From Candidatus Eiseniibacteriota bacterium (GTDB lineage: Bacteria > Eisenbacteria > RBG-16-71-46 > JABDJR01 > JAWXBZ01), in NCBI GenBank assembly GCA_034440375.1, contig JAWXBZ010000137.1:1-35655 (forward strand): 35,655 bases of DNA. Direction: 5' to 3'. Shown piece by piece: positions 35,330 through 35,655 of this stretch; positions within the stretch are counted from its first letter, which is position 1; each line of letters opens with the position of its first letter. The position numbers were made by a program, and so were the translations under genes. The notes under the pieces are model-generated. The model worked only from the letters and a program-made list of their open reading frames with translations, had not been told where the DNA came from and did not search any database.

Positions 35330-35579
35330 CGACGTTGAACACGCAATAACGGCCAAAATTCCGACTGGTTAACGATTTGCAACGTTTTGTGTGACCGGAA
35401 AACAACAATCGGCGGGGCTCAGGGGAGTGGTAGCGGAAGCCAGGAAAACGGCGCTGGCGACACTCTGTTTTTTTGGGGGGTGCGGGCGGACTCAGGTCCA
35501 GGGGCCGGCACTTCTGACTAATCTCAGCTAAATCATTTGATCATAGGCAATTGTTGGACACGATTCTCAGCTCGGAGCT

Positions 35580-35654
35580 TCAGATCGCCTCAATCCGCGG
35601 AAAGAGCGCCTCAATTCGCCCAAGCGCCGAAGCCGGCCGATGCGCCCCCGGCGC
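35580..35654 (-). CDS. metG: 3' end of probable methionyl-tRNA synthetase (partial, not in ORF track)
   Basis: Minus frame reads APGAHRPASALGRIEALFPRIEAI-stop. LFPRI(E) is the typical end of the MetRS anticodon-binding domain, and metG-tatD-rsmA is a well-known gene order. Confidence 0.7.
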   Translation of the reverse strand, partial: APGAHRPASALGRIEALFPRIEAI

Positions 35655-35655
35655 C

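Noticed and set aside
35491-35504. CTCAGGTCCAGGGG resembling the SRP RNA core
   Set aside because: Lacks the GGAAGGAAGCAGC continuation and the long enclosing stem.

Overview
GC-rich (roughly 65% by eye) chromosomal segment of a diderm bacterium. The FlgD-Ig/T9SS-like sorting tail, the DUF4159/DUF4175 genes and the Bacteroidota-type 'asparagine synthetase B'-like gene suggest an FCB-group lineage such as Ca. Eisenbacteria, Krumholzibacteriota or Latescibacterota (inference only). I see about 29 CDSs, mostly on the minus strand, and no rRNA, tRNA, CRISPR array or mobile element. Housekeeping genes: metG (3' end only), tatD, rsmA, secD, secF, acpS, nnr, ogt, an M20 amidohydrolase and a HAD hydrolase. 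Uncharacterised modules between them: (i) a translationally coupled six-gene envelope operon (DUF4159, DUF4175 coiled coil, TPR, an exported class-I GATase-like protein, two paralogous beta-propellers with a SPOR-like insert); (ii) a HEAT-repeat plus HD-GYP pair sharing an unnamed N-terminal domain, behind a sigma28-like promoter; (iii) an orphan class II aldolase ending in what looks like a bacterial-microcompartment encapsulation peptide; (iv) lipoprotein + FadL/PorV-like barrel + S8 protease with a C-terminal sorting domain; (v) an outer-membrane barrel, two paralogous lipoproteins and a probably inactive divergent polysaccharide deacetylase. All family calls come from motif recognition by eye, with no database searches.
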